DNA of 63,384 nucleotides, filler included, from Theionarchaea archaeon (lineage in GTDB: Archaea > Methanobacteriota_B > Thermococci > Methanofastidiosales > SZ-28-30): the NCBI GenBank assembly GCA_018992565.1. It is 5 parts of 5 records of this genome, joined end to end, with 100 filler letters (N's around TTAATTAATTAA, not from the genome) between each part and the next. Parts side by side here need not be neighbours in the genome. Positions count along the whole stretch, not along the records: positions 26,577 to 58,254 come from JACVGW010000019.1; 4 more parts are not named here. One strand, given 5' to 3'. Below the pieces are notes generated by a model, which searched no databases, was not told the DNA's origin, and saw only the letters and a program-made list of their open reading frames with translations. Below, in pieces: positions 39,979 through 49,935 of this stretch; the first letter of the stretch is position 1, and each line of letters starts with the position of its first letter. The translations under genes were made by a program, and so were the position numbers.

Positions 39979-41262
39979 ATGAAATCAGAAGCAGTAAAAA
40001 TCCTCCAAGACCTGATTCGGATTGATACAGTCAATCCTCCGGGTAATGAGGGAAGAGCAGCCCGATACCTGGGTGAATTGTTTGATAAGGAAGGAATCGA
40101 ATACCAGCTCGTGGGAGAAGAAGGAAGAGAGAATTTTGTTGCCTCTCTTGGTGAGGGGAAGAAGAGGCTTCTCCTTCTTTCTCACATGGATGTTGTCCCT
40201 GTTTCAGAGGAAAAATGGGACGTTCCTCCTTTTGCAGGCGAAATAAAGAATGGATACATCTGGGGCAGGGGAGCTCTCGATTGCAAAGACCTGGTGGCCT
40301 CAGAAGCCTATACCCTCATTCGCATGAAAAGGGAAAATGTACCTTTGAATGGAACGCTGATTTTTGCAGCTTGTGCAGATGAGGAGAAAGGTGGCACTGT
40401 GGGGGCCAAGCTCCTGACTGATAAATACAAGGATATGATACGCGCAGATTTCGCTATTAACGAGGGGGGAGGAGAGTACATTGACGTCATGGGAGAGAAG
40501 CTGTACCTGTTGCAGACAGGAGAGAAAGGCCCCGCCTGGTCACGGGTGAGAGCATCCGGAGTGGCAGGACATGGGTCTATCCCTACCCTGGCAGATAATG
40601 CGGTGGTGAAGGTAGTCAGAGCGGTCAAGGCATTGAGTGAGTACAATCCAGAGATTATCGTCATACCAGAGATTAAAAGGCTCGTGGAAACCTACTTGAG
40701 CCTGCGAGGAGATCCGCGAGACGTCACGCCCCAGAATGTGGATGAGATCATAGACAGCATTCCAGACCAGGTATTTGGCGAGGGACTGCGCTCCAAGACC
40801 CGCATGACAGTCTCACCTAATATGATAAAGGGAGGAAGCAAGGTCAATATTGTTCCTGATGAGTGCGAGGCAGAAGTGGACATTAGAACCCTTCCCGGGC
40901 AGGACGAATCTTACATGAGACAGCAACTTGAACCCTTGCTCCAGGAGTGCATCCTTGATATTATTCACAGTCATCCAGCGAATTTCTCGCCCGCAGACAA
41001 TACGTACTTCCAGCTGATTGAAGAAACGGTGAAAGAAGTCCTTGGAACTGTGCATTGCGCTCCATATATGCTGGCCGGGGCCACTGATTCCTTCTACCTG
41101 AGAGGAATAGGTATTGAATCTTATGGAGTGTCTCTCCTATCCCCCCATTTTCCTTCTGAGCTGATAAAAACAGTGCATGGCGCCAATGAACGTATCGATA
41201 TAGAGAGTATAGAAGTTAAGACGGATTTCCTGTACAGACTAGCCAGAAAATATCTATCCTGA
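39979..41262 (+). CDS. M20 family metallopeptidase/deacylase
   Basis: SHMDVV, GRGALDCK, DEEKGG, NEGG and HGANE. Confidence 0.92.
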   Translation: MKSEAVKILQDLIRIDTVNPPGNEGRAARYLGELFDKEGIEYQLVGEEGRENFVASLGEGKKRLLLLSHMDVVPVSEEKWDVPPFAGEIKNGYIWGRGALDCKDLVASEAYTLIRMKRENVPLNGTLIFAACADEEKGGTVGAKLLTDKYKDMIRADFAINEGGGEYIDVMGEKLYLLQTGEKGPAWSRVRASGVAGHGSIPTLADNAVVKVVRAVKALSEYNPEIIVIPEIKRLVETYLSLRGDPRDVTPQNVDEIIDSIPDQVFGEGLRSKTRMTVSPNMIKGGSKVNIVPDECEAEVDIRTLPGQDESYMRQQLEPLLQECILDIIHSHPANFSPADNTYFQLIEETVKEVLGTVHCAPYMLAGATDSFYLRGIGIESYGVSLLSPHFPSELIKTVHGANERIDIESIEVKTDFLYRLARKYLS

Positions 41263-41364
41263 CTTTTTTCTTCCTTTTTTTCAATCCTGGAGTAAGGGAA
41301 GGTAGCGCTGAATTGAGAACAAAATTAAAAGAAGAAAAGAAAGGCGAATACTATAAATAAAGTA

Positions 41365-41568
41365 CTACATCTTCCACGCTAGGTTGATGTCCTCTGCCTT
41401 TATGGTCTTTCTCTTGGCATGCTCAGCAAAGCGGATGGCTTCTCGCGCAACCTCTGTGGCTAACATTTCTAAGTGCTCGCCCAGGAGTCGGGAAGCATCT
41501 TCAGATACCCGCTCTGCGCCTCCTTTTCTGATCATTTTGTCAACTGAAGCGAGAGGTATAATTGCCAT
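41365..41568 (-). CDS. Archaeal histone (HMf family)
   Basis: PLASVDKMIRKGGAERVS...AEHAKRKTIKAEDI; SD GAGGTGA. Confidence 0.95.
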   Translation of the reverse strand: MAIIPLASVDKMIRKGGAERVSEDASRLLGEHLEMLATEVAREAIRFAEHAKRKTIKAEDINLAWKM

Positions 41569-41981
41569 TCCAAATCACCTCGCAGCTTCTGATCATTGAC
41601 CCTTTTTAAGCGTTGTGTTTCCTGAAGAGTATTCCAGCCAATTTGGCATATGATTGCATTCTATCTTAGCAGATACGCGCGCCAGAGAACCCCGTTCTCG
41701 TTGAGTAATCCAGGTTGCCTGAAGGTCAGGGCACATGTGGGACAGGGCATGTCCATGTATCCTTCTCAGAAGTGTTGCAGCCAATCCACTCATCTCTCAG
41801 TTTGACTGTGTCTTCACCGATGAAGCAACGCCTCGAGTCCTTTCCAGAACAACAGTACCAGAACCCTTCCAGTGAACATTCGGGAAGAAATCTATGTCTC
41901 AGTGAGGCTGCCATCCCACTCACATTGTAAAACCATTCTGTGATTCGAAAAGCTTAAACGTACATGTGGCGAGTGTGGGCT

Positions 41982-43346
41982 ATGAAGAATGTGACAGTAC
42001 GAATACGAGGCGTATACACGACATCGCTCACAAAAGTACTGGCAGAACGGGGTTATGGAATATGTCAGGTTTCTAGAGCAATCAGGAATAGACTTCAAAT
42101 CGAGAGTCTTGATCTTCCTCCTGATATTGATATCAGGCACACCTACAACAGACAGGGTATATCTATTGTAGCTACAAATAACGTACTAAGCACATTTTTA
42201 AAGGATATGGAAGATGCTTTTGTGGATATTTTTGTCATTCCTTCTGGAATCGACTTGTATGGTGTGTACAAAGGAAGAAACTTAGGGAAGGGGGAAGTTG
42301 ACATGGGAGGATTCACCGGGTGCCTGGATGAAAGAACCGCAGAGCGGGATGTCCTGATACAGGTGGCTGAAATCAGGAACCGTCCCATGCTGACCACAAA
42401 AATCTCTTTTAGTGGTAATTATGCAATTCTCATTCCTCAAGAAGGCGTAAAAATATCCAGGAAGGTGGAAAGCCCCGATGACAGGCGAAGGTTGTATCAG
42501 CTTGGCAATGAGCTGCAGATATCCCCAGGATATGGGGTCTTATGGAGGACTGCCGCGGTGAGCGGTGAGGATCAAGAACTGAGACAGGAAGTTGAGATGC
42601 TGGTAGAGGAGATGCATCGCATCAACATGGAATTTCCATCATCTTCAATTGGTCTTCTCAGAGAGGGAAAAAAACACGTAGAAATACTATTTGGAGGGGA
42701 AAGTAAGAGGCGACTGGACTTTATTCGGAATAATGTAGTCCCCACTGCACAGAACCATCACAAGCTCAAATCATCTGGAAAAGAATATTCATTGGTCGTG
42801 GATGTTTTCGAGGAACTGCTTTCTCGATATAGTATAGAAGAGAACCTGGATCAGATTTTATGGGGAATCAACCCGTGGAGAGAGGGAGACACAGTACTGC
42901 TGGAACATGTCAGACCCACAGGCGAGAAACTCCATCTTGGACGGGCTGTGGTGCAGAGGTTTTCCTATCCGTACGTGGCTATGGAACGCAGGATGCATAC
43001 CTTTGGAGTATATGATGGTATGGGAATAAAGAAAGAGAGAGGGGACGTCATCGTTACTGAGATGAAAGAAGGGGAGTGGATATTTGCTCACACATATTAC
43101 GATCAGAATGACAATTTGAAAGGGCGCTACTATAATATCTGCACTCCTGTGGAGTTCTACCCTTTCAAGGTACGGTATATGGATCTGGAAGTTGATGTAG
43201 TGGAGGTTGATGGCAGAAGGACTATTGACATGGATAGACTGGAAAGAAGAGCTGATGAGGGCCACATTTCAGAATTCCTTAGAGAAAAAGCACTTTCTGT
43301 GGCCCAGGAGGCAGTAGAGGGAAGAACATGGATCCAATCCAGCTGA
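41982..43346 (+). CDS. aubA: FAU-1/AU-binding ribonuclease (RNase E/G-like plus DUF402)
   Basis: VRIRGVYTTSLT, GVLWRTAA, YDGMG and YYNICTPVEFYP...YMDLEVDV. Confidence 0.85.
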   Translation: MKNVTVRIRGVYTTSLTKVLAERGYGICQVSRAIRNRLQIESLDLPPDIDIRHTYNRQGISIVATNNVLSTFLKDMEDAFVDIFVIPSGIDLYGVYKGRNLGKGEVDMGGFTGCLDERTAERDVLIQVAEIRNRPMLTTKISFSGNYAILIPQEGVKISRKVESPDDRRRLYQLGNELQISPGYGVLWRTAAVSGEDQELRQEVEMLVEEMHRINMEFPSSSIGLLREGKKHVEILFGGESKRRLDFIRNNVVPTAQNHHKLKSSGKEYSLVVDVFEELLSRYSIEENLDQILWGINPWREGDTVLLEHVRPTGEKLHLGRAVVQRFSYPYVAMERRMHTFGVYDGMGIKKERGDVIVTEMKEGEWIFAHTYYDQNDNLKGRYYNICTPVEFYPFKVRYMDLEVDVVEVDGRRTIDMDRLERRADEGHISEFLREKALSVAQEAVEGRTWIQSS

Positions 43347-43696
43347 AGATTTTTATTGAAGCTCTCAAGACAGGAGATACCAGGAAGGCAGGCGAGCTCG
43401 TTGAAAAAATGAGTACCGAGAGTGAGTACCACAAAGGGTACAGGAAAGCACTTGCGGGCATGGTGGCCTCAGTGGAGAACAAGGAGGCCAGTGCCCTGGC
43501 CACGAAGATGCTGTCAGGATCACTGACCAAGAAGAAGATGGACGAAGAACGGAAGCTTTCGCGCAGAATTGCTCAGGAAACATTCAGGCCAGCTTTCGAA
43601 CGAGGGTATGAAAAAGCATGGTATGATGTTTTGTCTATCTTTCTGGGGAAGACGAAAGTGGGTCTGGAAGCTCATATGGAAAGCGAACTCTACTAA
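43328..43696 (+). CDS. Hypothetical protein
   Basis: 122-aa ORF overlapping the upstream stop; two GY motifs (YHKGY, FERGY); T-rich tract follows. Confidence 0.7.
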   Translation: MDPIQLKIFIEALKTGDTRKAGELVEKMSTESEYHKGYRKALAGMVASVENKEASALATKMLSGSLTKKKMDEERKLSRRIAQETFRPAFERGYEKAWYDVLSIFLGKTKVGLEAHMESELY

Positions 43697-43842
43697 TTTT
43701 ATTTCCTTTTCTTTAAATGATACTTCCTCTTTTACTCTTTTTGGTGAAAATAATTCCTTCTCTCCCCCGTTGACCGCTGCTTCTACCGGAACAACCATAA
43801 GCTTTATATAGGTACGGTCTCAATAGTAGCTTGGTGATGCTC

Positions 43843-44157
43843 ATGCTGGGACCCTTGGAGAGGGAGGTCCTATCCTGTATGAATGAGATCAAGGAAGGAA
43901 CAGTACGTGATGTGTACAGACATATGAAAAGAGAGAAGAACATTGCGTATACAACAGTGTCCACAACGTTAGAGCGACTCTATGAGAAGGACTTCCTCAA
44001 TCGTGGCGAAGACACGGGTAGAGGAGGTACTCGCTATGTGTATTCTGTAAGAGACATCAAACCAAAGATAGCAAAGATGTTCGTTGATGAATTCATGTCT
44101 ATGTTTGGAAAATCAGGTATGTCTGCCTTGCATGAAGAAATCAACAAGCACGAGTGA
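43843..44157 (+). CDS. BlaI/MecI/CopY family repressor
   Basis: LGPLEREVL...IAYTTVSTTLERLYEK...YVY. Confidence 0.9.
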   Translation: MLGPLEREVLSCMNEIKEGTVRDVYRHMKREKNIAYTTVSTTLERLYEKDFLNRGEDTGRGGTRYVYSVRDIKPKIAKMFVDEFMSMFGKSGMSALHEEINKHE

Positions 44158-45089
44158 TTTTTTTGTTTTTCCTCCCCCTTATTTTACTGGTTTTGCTTAC
44201 GGGACTGTCATTTTTGATGTATGCAGTGTACCGGAGTCATCCCAGAGATTCCAGAACTCGCAGCCTTGCCCTTTCTGTGATGGTGCTGGTTATACTGGGG
44301 ATGTATCTGGGGCTGGGATGGATCTTCGTAGCTGCAGGATCAATATGGAAGTACCCAGGAGTTGTTCTCTTTGCGGTGGTTGCTCTCATTCTGGGGAAGT
44401 GTCTTGTGGAATACCTGTACACAGCACCCCATTTGAGGACAATGCATGCTGTTCCTTTGCAGGATCCACAGCTGGTCGGCCTGTCCCGGGAAGTGGCCAG
44501 CCGGTTCAAGATCGCACCTCCTGCAGTCTATATCACCCATTATGAAGTGCCCAATGCGTTCACTCTGGGAAGGAAGTCACAATCCAGGCTTATTATTACT
44601 GATGGGCTGCTGGACCTGACATATGACGAAGTACGGGCCGTCTTTGCCCATGAACTGGCCCACATAAAATCCAACGACTCTCTCATCAAGACAGTGGCTT
44701 CAGTTATGCGCAGCATACTCATCTTTGACCCGGTGATCCGGCTTGTGTACTCCCGCATCTATGTGGAAAGAGAGTTTGTGGCAGATGAGCGTTCAGCTCG
44801 AGTAATTGGGAAACCGCAGGACCTGGTGTCTGCTCTGAGAAAGATATACAAGGACGTCCTGGAATTCGGAGAAGGATTGCCCTCTCAATCTGTCCTCAAT
44901 TACTCTCAGAAGATCTACAAGGCAGAATCAATACGGCTGCAGCAGGGGATTCCTTCTGACCCCATTCTGAAGAACAGGTTTATTGTGGAGCGAAAGATGA
45001 TGCCAGGCTCAGTGGTCATGGAACGGGTGAAAAGACTCAGCGAAATGGAGAAAAAGATACGAAAGGTGAAACGGCTCCCCAAGAAGTGA
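44154..45089 (+). CDS. M56/M48 (BlaR1/HtpX-like) membrane zinc metalloprotease
   Basis: N-terminal TM segments, PNAF, AHELAH and EFVADE. Confidence 0.88.
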   Translation: MIFLFFLPLILLVLLTGLSFLMYAVYRSHPRDSRTRSLALSVMVLVILGMYLGLGWIFVAAGSIWKYPGVVLFAVVALILGKCLVEYLYTAPHLRTMHAVPLQDPQLVGLSREVASRFKIAPPAVYITHYEVPNAFTLGRKSQSRLIITDGLLDLTYDEVRAVFAHELAHIKSNDSLIKTVASVMRSILIFDPVIRLVYSRIYVEREFVADERSARVIGKPQDLVSALRKIYKDVLEFGEGLPSQSVLNYSQKIYKAESIRLQQGIPSDPILKNRFIVERKMMPGSVVMERVKRLSEMEKKIRKVKRLPKK

Positions 45090-45152
45090 GAGCAATTGGA
45101 AAAATGTGGGTTGAGCGCAACCTTTTTATCTCTTGCTGTCTTCTCATGTGCA

Positions 45153-45250
45153 GGGCCTGTAGCCTAGTCAGGATAGGGCGCGAGGCTTCGGAAGTGTGCA
45201 GTACTGAAGACACCTCGCGGTCTGGGGTTCGAATCCCCACAGGCCCGCCA
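45153..45250 (+). tRNA. tRNA-Arg(UCG) with a 20-nt intron (45192-45211) and encoded CCA
   Basis: Acceptor GGGCCTG/CAGGCCC, anticodon stem CGAGG/CCTCG, T arm TGGGG-TTCGAAT-CCCCA, BHB motif; TATA about 30 nt upstream. Confidence 0.93.
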
Positions 45251-45338
45251 TACTTAAGCCATGACACTGTCATGGAAACGTAATTGCAGAATACTGTTCA
45301 GTGTCTTATAATTCGCAACAGAAGATGTCATAATCATC

Positions 45339-46220
45339 TTAGATACTTGCTTCAGGCTTCTTCATGCTTTCTGCGTACACTGCTCTGGCCATTCTAGGAG
45401 TATTGTACGCACTTCCATAATCTCCTTCTCTGGTCACCACAATGGCACCACCGTACCCAGAAAACCTGTCCCTTAGAATCTCAACCGATTTTTTCACAGC
45501 TTCCTGAGCTTTCAGCCCCCTGTCCACAAAATCTGCAATAGTCTTGGCCATTCCTGCTTTCATGATTGCTTCGCCCCACCCTGTACAGGAGACAGCACAT
45601 GTGTCTGTGGCATAGGTTCCAGCTCCCAGAATGGGTGAATCTCCAATTCGCCCTGGCTGTTTGCAGGGTGTTCCCCCAGTAGAAGTCCCTGCAACCAGAG
45701 TACCTTCCTTATCGACAGCCACAGCTCCCACTGTGCCATGTTTAAAGAAGTCTTCGGCAGGTTTGTTCTGTCTTGCCAGTCCTTCCCACCTCTTAATTTC
45801 CCTCTCTATAACCAGATCTCTATTATCACATAACGGAACACCCTGGTGAGCTGCAAACCGTTCAGCACCCTCTCCAGTTAGAAAAACGGTATCGCAGTGC
45901 TCCATTACTATTCTGGCTGCTCGTATGGGGTTCTTAATTCTCTTGACTGCACCCACGGCACCGGCCCTCAGTGAATTCCCCTCAGTAATGACAGCATCCA
46001 GCTCCACCATCCCATCTCTGTTGAGAAAGGAGCCTGTTCCAGCATCAAACGTAGGATCATCTTCCAAGCATGTTATAGCATCTTCCACAGCATCCAGAGC
46101 AGAATGAGGCAAAGCTTTTTTCCCTCGAGTAATCGCTTCTGTGACACCTTTCAAATGGGATTCCACGAGGTCATCTGGGATATCCCATGCTCCACCATGA
46201 ACCAGAATAATGGGATTCAT
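45339..46220 (-). CDS. Isoaspartyl peptidase/L-asparaginase (Ntn hydrolase)
   Basis: VHGGA, LEDDPTFDAG, GTVGAVA, TSTGG, GRIGDSP and TGWGE. Confidence 0.93.
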   Translation of the reverse strand: MNPIILVHGGAWDIPDDLVESHLKGVTEAITRGKKALPHSALDAVEDAITCLEDDPTFDAGTGSFLNRDGMVELDAVITEGNSLRAGAVGAVKRIKNPIRAARIVMEHCDTVFLTGEGAERFAAHQGVPLCDNRDLVIEREIKRWEGLARQNKPAEDFFKHGTVGAVAVDKEGTLVAGTSTGGTPCKQPGRIGDSPILGAGTYATDTCAVSCTGWGEAIMKAGMAKTIADFVDRGLKAQEAVKKSVEILRDRFSGYGGAIVVTREGDYGSAYNTPRMARAVYAESMKKPEASI

Positions 46221-46291
46221 GCGTGAGGTGACGAAGGTTTGTTAAAAAGGTTTGCCAGACCAGGCTGTATTGCTCCAGAATACGTCAGGGG

Positions 46292-46621
46292 TTATTCCTT
46301 GACAACTTCTGAGAAAATCTTCTCTTCAAACTCCTGTATCTTTTTCAGCTTCCTGTTCCATTTCCTCAGAAAGATGGCCTGCTTGAACCCAAAATACACC
46401 AGCAGAAAGCAAATCAACATGTTCAATAAGAAGAAGAACCCCCGCACCGATACAATAGTAGCCTGAAACCTCACTGTATACAGCAGTAGAAACAGTCCAT
46501 TCAAGAGTAGCCCACCAGGTGCCAGAATCAGACATGCAAACACAATTAAGACCATCCAGTTCCTCTGTTTTTCCATGTATTCTGTGAGATCATACATCAC
46601 GTCGGTCATGGTGTCTTCCAT
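46292..46621 (-). CDS. Hypothetical two-TM membrane protein
   Basis: Two hydrophobic helices and a charged tail; SD GAGGAGG, coupled to the upstream HTH gene. Confidence 0.65.
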   Translation of the reverse strand: MEDTMTDVMYDLTEYMEKQRNWMVLIVFACLILAPGGLLLNGLFLLLYTVRFQATIVSVRGFFFLLNMLICFLLVYFGFKQAIFLRKWNRKLKKIQEFEEKIFSEVVKE

Positions 46622-46622
46622 A

Positions 46623-46931
46623 CTATTCCTCCTCATACAATTCGGCATTTATTTTCTGGAACCAGGAGTATCGCGTGCGCCCCAGATCTGTCAGTGCATA
46701 GTAAATCACCTTCCGATCTCCCCACATTCCTTCGTGCTCCGTAATGTATCCTGCATTCTTGAGCATGTCCAGGTAACGTTCTGCCATGGGCGTCTTCAGG
46801 TTGGCATACTGGATGATGTGAGTCTTTAGCACCTGCGACTGGCTCATGCTCTTTTTGAAGATGCACTCCAGTATCCTCTGGATAATCTTGTTGGTTGATC
46901 TGTAGCGCGACATATAAGTTCTCCGTACCAT
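46623..46931 (-). CDS. Archaeal winged-HTH regulator
   Basis: YRS...II..IL...KTHIIQYANL...YLDML...GYI...YALTDLG. Confidence 0.8.
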   Translation of the reverse strand: MVRRTYMSRYRSTNKIIQRILECIFKKSMSQSQVLKTHIIQYANLKTPMAERYLDMLKNAGYITEHEGMWGDRKVIYYALTDLGRTRYSWFQKINAELYEEE

Positions 46932-47209
46932 TGTTACTCCACCCATTTAAAGCACTTTTGTTCTCGACCCTGCAAGTCAGGCTGCAACCCTTGTCTCTTT
47001 CCAGTTCTCCTTCGACGAATTGTCCACATTCTGTTAAAGCAGTGGGTGATGAAAGGCAGTATAGCAGTCTGAGCACAGAATTCGGAACTCGGTGGATAAG
47101 TGAGATGACAGCCTCCAGGGGACAGAAAAATCATGAGTTGCTGGATACTGATCCTGACCTGTCACGTGCCCGCGGGAAAATGCTTAAGTAGTGAGTACCT
47201 AGAACGTCT

Positions 47210-48790
47210 ATGCGAATAGCAGTAGCCCAGATTAATACATCTGTAGGCGATCTTGAGGGAAATACAAAAAAAGTCATCACAGTAGTCAACCAGCCAGATG
47301 TGAAAGCAGATCTTTTCGTTTTCCCAGAACTGACAATTACCGGGTACCCTCCACGGGATCTGGTCCTGGAGAATCATTTCGTGGAAGAGAATAAGAGAAT
47401 GCTTTCTAAGATAGCTCAATCTTGCAGAACCCCCTGTATTGTGGGATTCGTGGACAGCAGGGATGGAACACTATATAATGCAGCAGCTTTCATCCAGGAT
47501 AAGACTGTAACGACGCAGTATAAGATGCTGCTTCCCAACTATGATGTTTTTGATGAGAAGAGATATTTCACCCCGGGAGAAACACAGTCCCTTATACCCT
47601 TTCAGGGGAGAACAGTGGGAATTGAAATCTGTGAGGATCTCTGGGAGATTGACTACCCTGTAAAACCTACCACCACCTTGAAGAAAATGGGTGCAGATAT
47701 TATAATTAATATTTCAGCTTCCCCGTACTGCGTACGAAAGGTGGAAGAGCGGATAGAACTGGCCAAGAAGATCGATGTCCCCCTGATGGTTTACTGCAAT
47801 CTGATCGGAGGTCAGGACGAGCTGGTCTTTGACGGAAATAGTTTTGTTGTTAGCCGAAAGACTGTCGTACGGGTGGGGAAATCCTTTGAAGAAGATGTCG
47901 TTATCATTGATACTGAAGGACTGCATGAAGAAGGCAGTATAGTAGTGTATGAGATCAGGAACGTATTCAAGGCGCTGGTACTGGGGTTGAAAGACTACTG
48001 CAGGAAAACGGGGTTCCAGAAGGCTGTCCTGGGGCTGAGTGGAGGGATCGATTCCTCTCTGGCATGCTGTCTGGCTGTGGAGGCTTTAGGATGTGAGAAT
48101 GTCACCGGAATGTTCATGCCCTCCCGGTATACCTCTCCCCAGAGCAGGGAATATGTTGACATGTTGGTGGAAAACCTCGGGGTTGACTTGGTGACAGTGC
48201 CCATTGACAGAATTTTTGAGACATACAAAACTGAGATGAGCCCCATGTTTAGAGAACTTCCGGAGGATATAACAGAAGAGAACATACAGGCCAGAATACG
48301 CGGGAACTTGTTGATGGCGTATTCCAACAAATTTGGCCACCTGGTTCTTGCTCCTGGCAACAAGACAGAGCTGGCTCTAGGATACTGCACGTTGTATGGG
48401 GACATGTCTGGAGGATTGTCAGTTATTGGCGATGTGAGTAAGGCCCGGGTGTATGAACTTGCCAGGTATTATAATGAAAAGATGAAGAAAGAGATCATTC
48501 CACAGGAAGTCTTCAAGAGAGCACCTTCTGCTGAATTAAAAGCAGGACAAGTGGACCCTTTTGATTATTCCGTGGTTTCACCGCTGGTAGACTGTATTGT
48601 TGAAGAGAAAAAATCTGAGAAAGAGTTAATAGATGCAGGATACGATCCCAACCTGGTGAAAGATGTAATGAGAAGGATACGCCGCAGTGAATACAAGAGA
48701 AAGCAGGCAGCGCCTGTGATAAAAGTCACTGAGCAAGCCTTCGGAGTCGGCTGGAGATATCCCATAGCAAACCGATTTTCACAGATATGA
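47210..48790 (+). CDS. nadE: Glutamine-dependent NAD+ synthetase
   Basis: Nitrilase domain (FPEL, K, EICEDLW) plus LSGGIDS, ENIQARIRG and PSAEL. Confidence 0.95.
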   Translation: MRIAVAQINTSVGDLEGNTKKVITVVNQPDVKADLFVFPELTITGYPPRDLVLENHFVEENKRMLSKIAQSCRTPCIVGFVDSRDGTLYNAAAFIQDKTVTTQYKMLLPNYDVFDEKRYFTPGETQSLIPFQGRTVGIEICEDLWEIDYPVKPTTTLKKMGADIIINISASPYCVRKVEERIELAKKIDVPLMVYCNLIGGQDELVFDGNSFVVSRKTVVRVGKSFEEDVVIIDTEGLHEEGSIVVYEIRNVFKALVLGLKDYCRKTGFQKAVLGLSGGIDSSLACCLAVEALGCENVTGMFMPSRYTSPQSREYVDMLVENLGVDLVTVPIDRIFETYKTEMSPMFRELPEDITEENIQARIRGNLLMAYSNKFGHLVLAPGNKTELALGYCTLYGDMSGGLSVIGDVSKARVYELARYYNEKMKKEIIPQEVFKRAPSAELKAGQVDPFDYSVVSPLVDCIVEEKKSEKELIDAGYDPNLVKDVMRRIRRSEYKRKQAAPVIKVTEQAFGVGWRYPIANRFSQI

Positions 48791-48861
48791 AGAAAAGAGT
48801 CCATGGTTCTCAATTGATGTCATCCCTTATACTGATTACATGGGACCTGAAGTTAAAAGAA

Positions 48862-49626
48862 TCAGCAAATCTTCCGTGCAAAGCTCATGTACCCAGTGTG
48901 ACCCAGCATCCTGGATTTCGGCCTGGTCCCTCGTTCAGAGACTTCATACTCTCTCACGATGCACTCAATTGTTTTCACCTGCATTCTTCTCTGGCGGGTA
49001 GCAAGGCAGAACCGGGAAACCTGTTCAATACAGGGTGAATACGAAAAGATGTACCCTCCAATCTTCAATGCATCATATGCAGGGTCCACCACCTTTTCTG
49101 GGGATGGTACATCCAGTGTTACGAGATCAACATCATGCTCATCTATTCCTTCATAGATGTCCTGTATTCTGAACAAGACATTCTTCATCCCGAATAGTTC
49201 CACATTCTTTTGGGCAACCGTCAGGAAATCCTCTCTCACCTCATAGGAATACACCACTCCTGGATTGACCACTGCTGCCAAGAACACCGTCAAGGCACCT
49301 GACCCCGCTCCCCCTTCCACCACCGTATCCCCTGCAGAAAGACCAGTGTGAGCCAGGATCTGGGCTGCATCCTTTGGCTGAATAACCTGGGGCATCTTTC
49401 GCATTTTCTTGATGTAGTCAATATACGTCGGCTTCAAAGCAGCGAAGAATTGACCAGAATGAGACTCCACTCCTGTTCCATACTCTTTTCCCACAAGATC
49501 TTTGAGATCGACAACTCCAAAATGCGTGTGAAATTCCCTTTCACTCACAGTGACCAGAAATGTTTTCTTTTCATGTACAAGCAAGACCAAGTCACCCACT
49601 GCGATTCCTGTCATCCTCTCCTCCAC
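48862..49626 (-). CDS. trmI: tRNA (adenine-N1)-methyltransferase
   Basis: PQVIQPKD, EGGAGSG, YSPCIEQV and HTGY. Confidence 0.93.
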   Translation of the reverse strand: MEERMTGIAVGDLVLLVHEKKTFLVTVSEREFHTHFGVVDLKDLVGKEYGTGVESHSGQFFAALKPTYIDYIKKMRKMPQVIQPKDAAQILAHTGLSAGDTVVEGGAGSGALTVFLAAVVNPGVVYSYEVREDFLTVAQKNVELFGMKNVLFRIQDIYEGIDEHDVDLVTLDVPSPEKVVDPAYDALKIGGYIFSYSPCIEQVSRFCLATRQRRMQVKTIECIVREYEVSERGTRPKSRMLGHTGYMSFARKIC

Positions 49627-49853
49627 ACCACATATGCCAGCAATAGAAGGACAGCTCCTGCAACACTCAATAAGGCCATGGTCTTGTCACTGCCGAATAT
49701 AATGGGGATAGGTCCAATGAGAATGACACCTCCTGCCCTCACATCTCCCTGATGTTCTTCGCCTGCCTGTAGCATGCTTCCGATACTGCCAATGACCACG
49801 AGCGCAAATCCCGCCACTATCACCAGTATACCAAGAGCTATCAGTTTCTGCAT
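49611..49853 (-). CDS. DUF131-family membrane protein
   Basis: GGVILIGPIPIIFGSD signature. Confidence 0.85.
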   Translation of the reverse strand: MQKLIALGILVIVAGFALVVIGSIGSMLQAGEEHQGDVRAGGVILIGPIPIIFGSDKTMALLSVAGAVLLLLAYVVWRRG

Positions 49854-49935
49854 GGAAAGGCTCACACAAAAACATTTATATACTTTCGTATGTGGTATGG
49901 GACATTCACGCTTACAACAAGGCTGGAGTGATACC

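Noticed and set aside
41726..41923. 65-aa Cys-containing ORF upstream of the histone gene
   Set aside because: No SD, no regular Cys spacing and no recognisable fold; I also saw no RNase P or SRP RNA hallmarks here.
47046..47072. Box C (GTGATGA) followed by CTGA as a C/D sRNA
   Set aside because: No C'/D pair at guide distance and no terminal stem.
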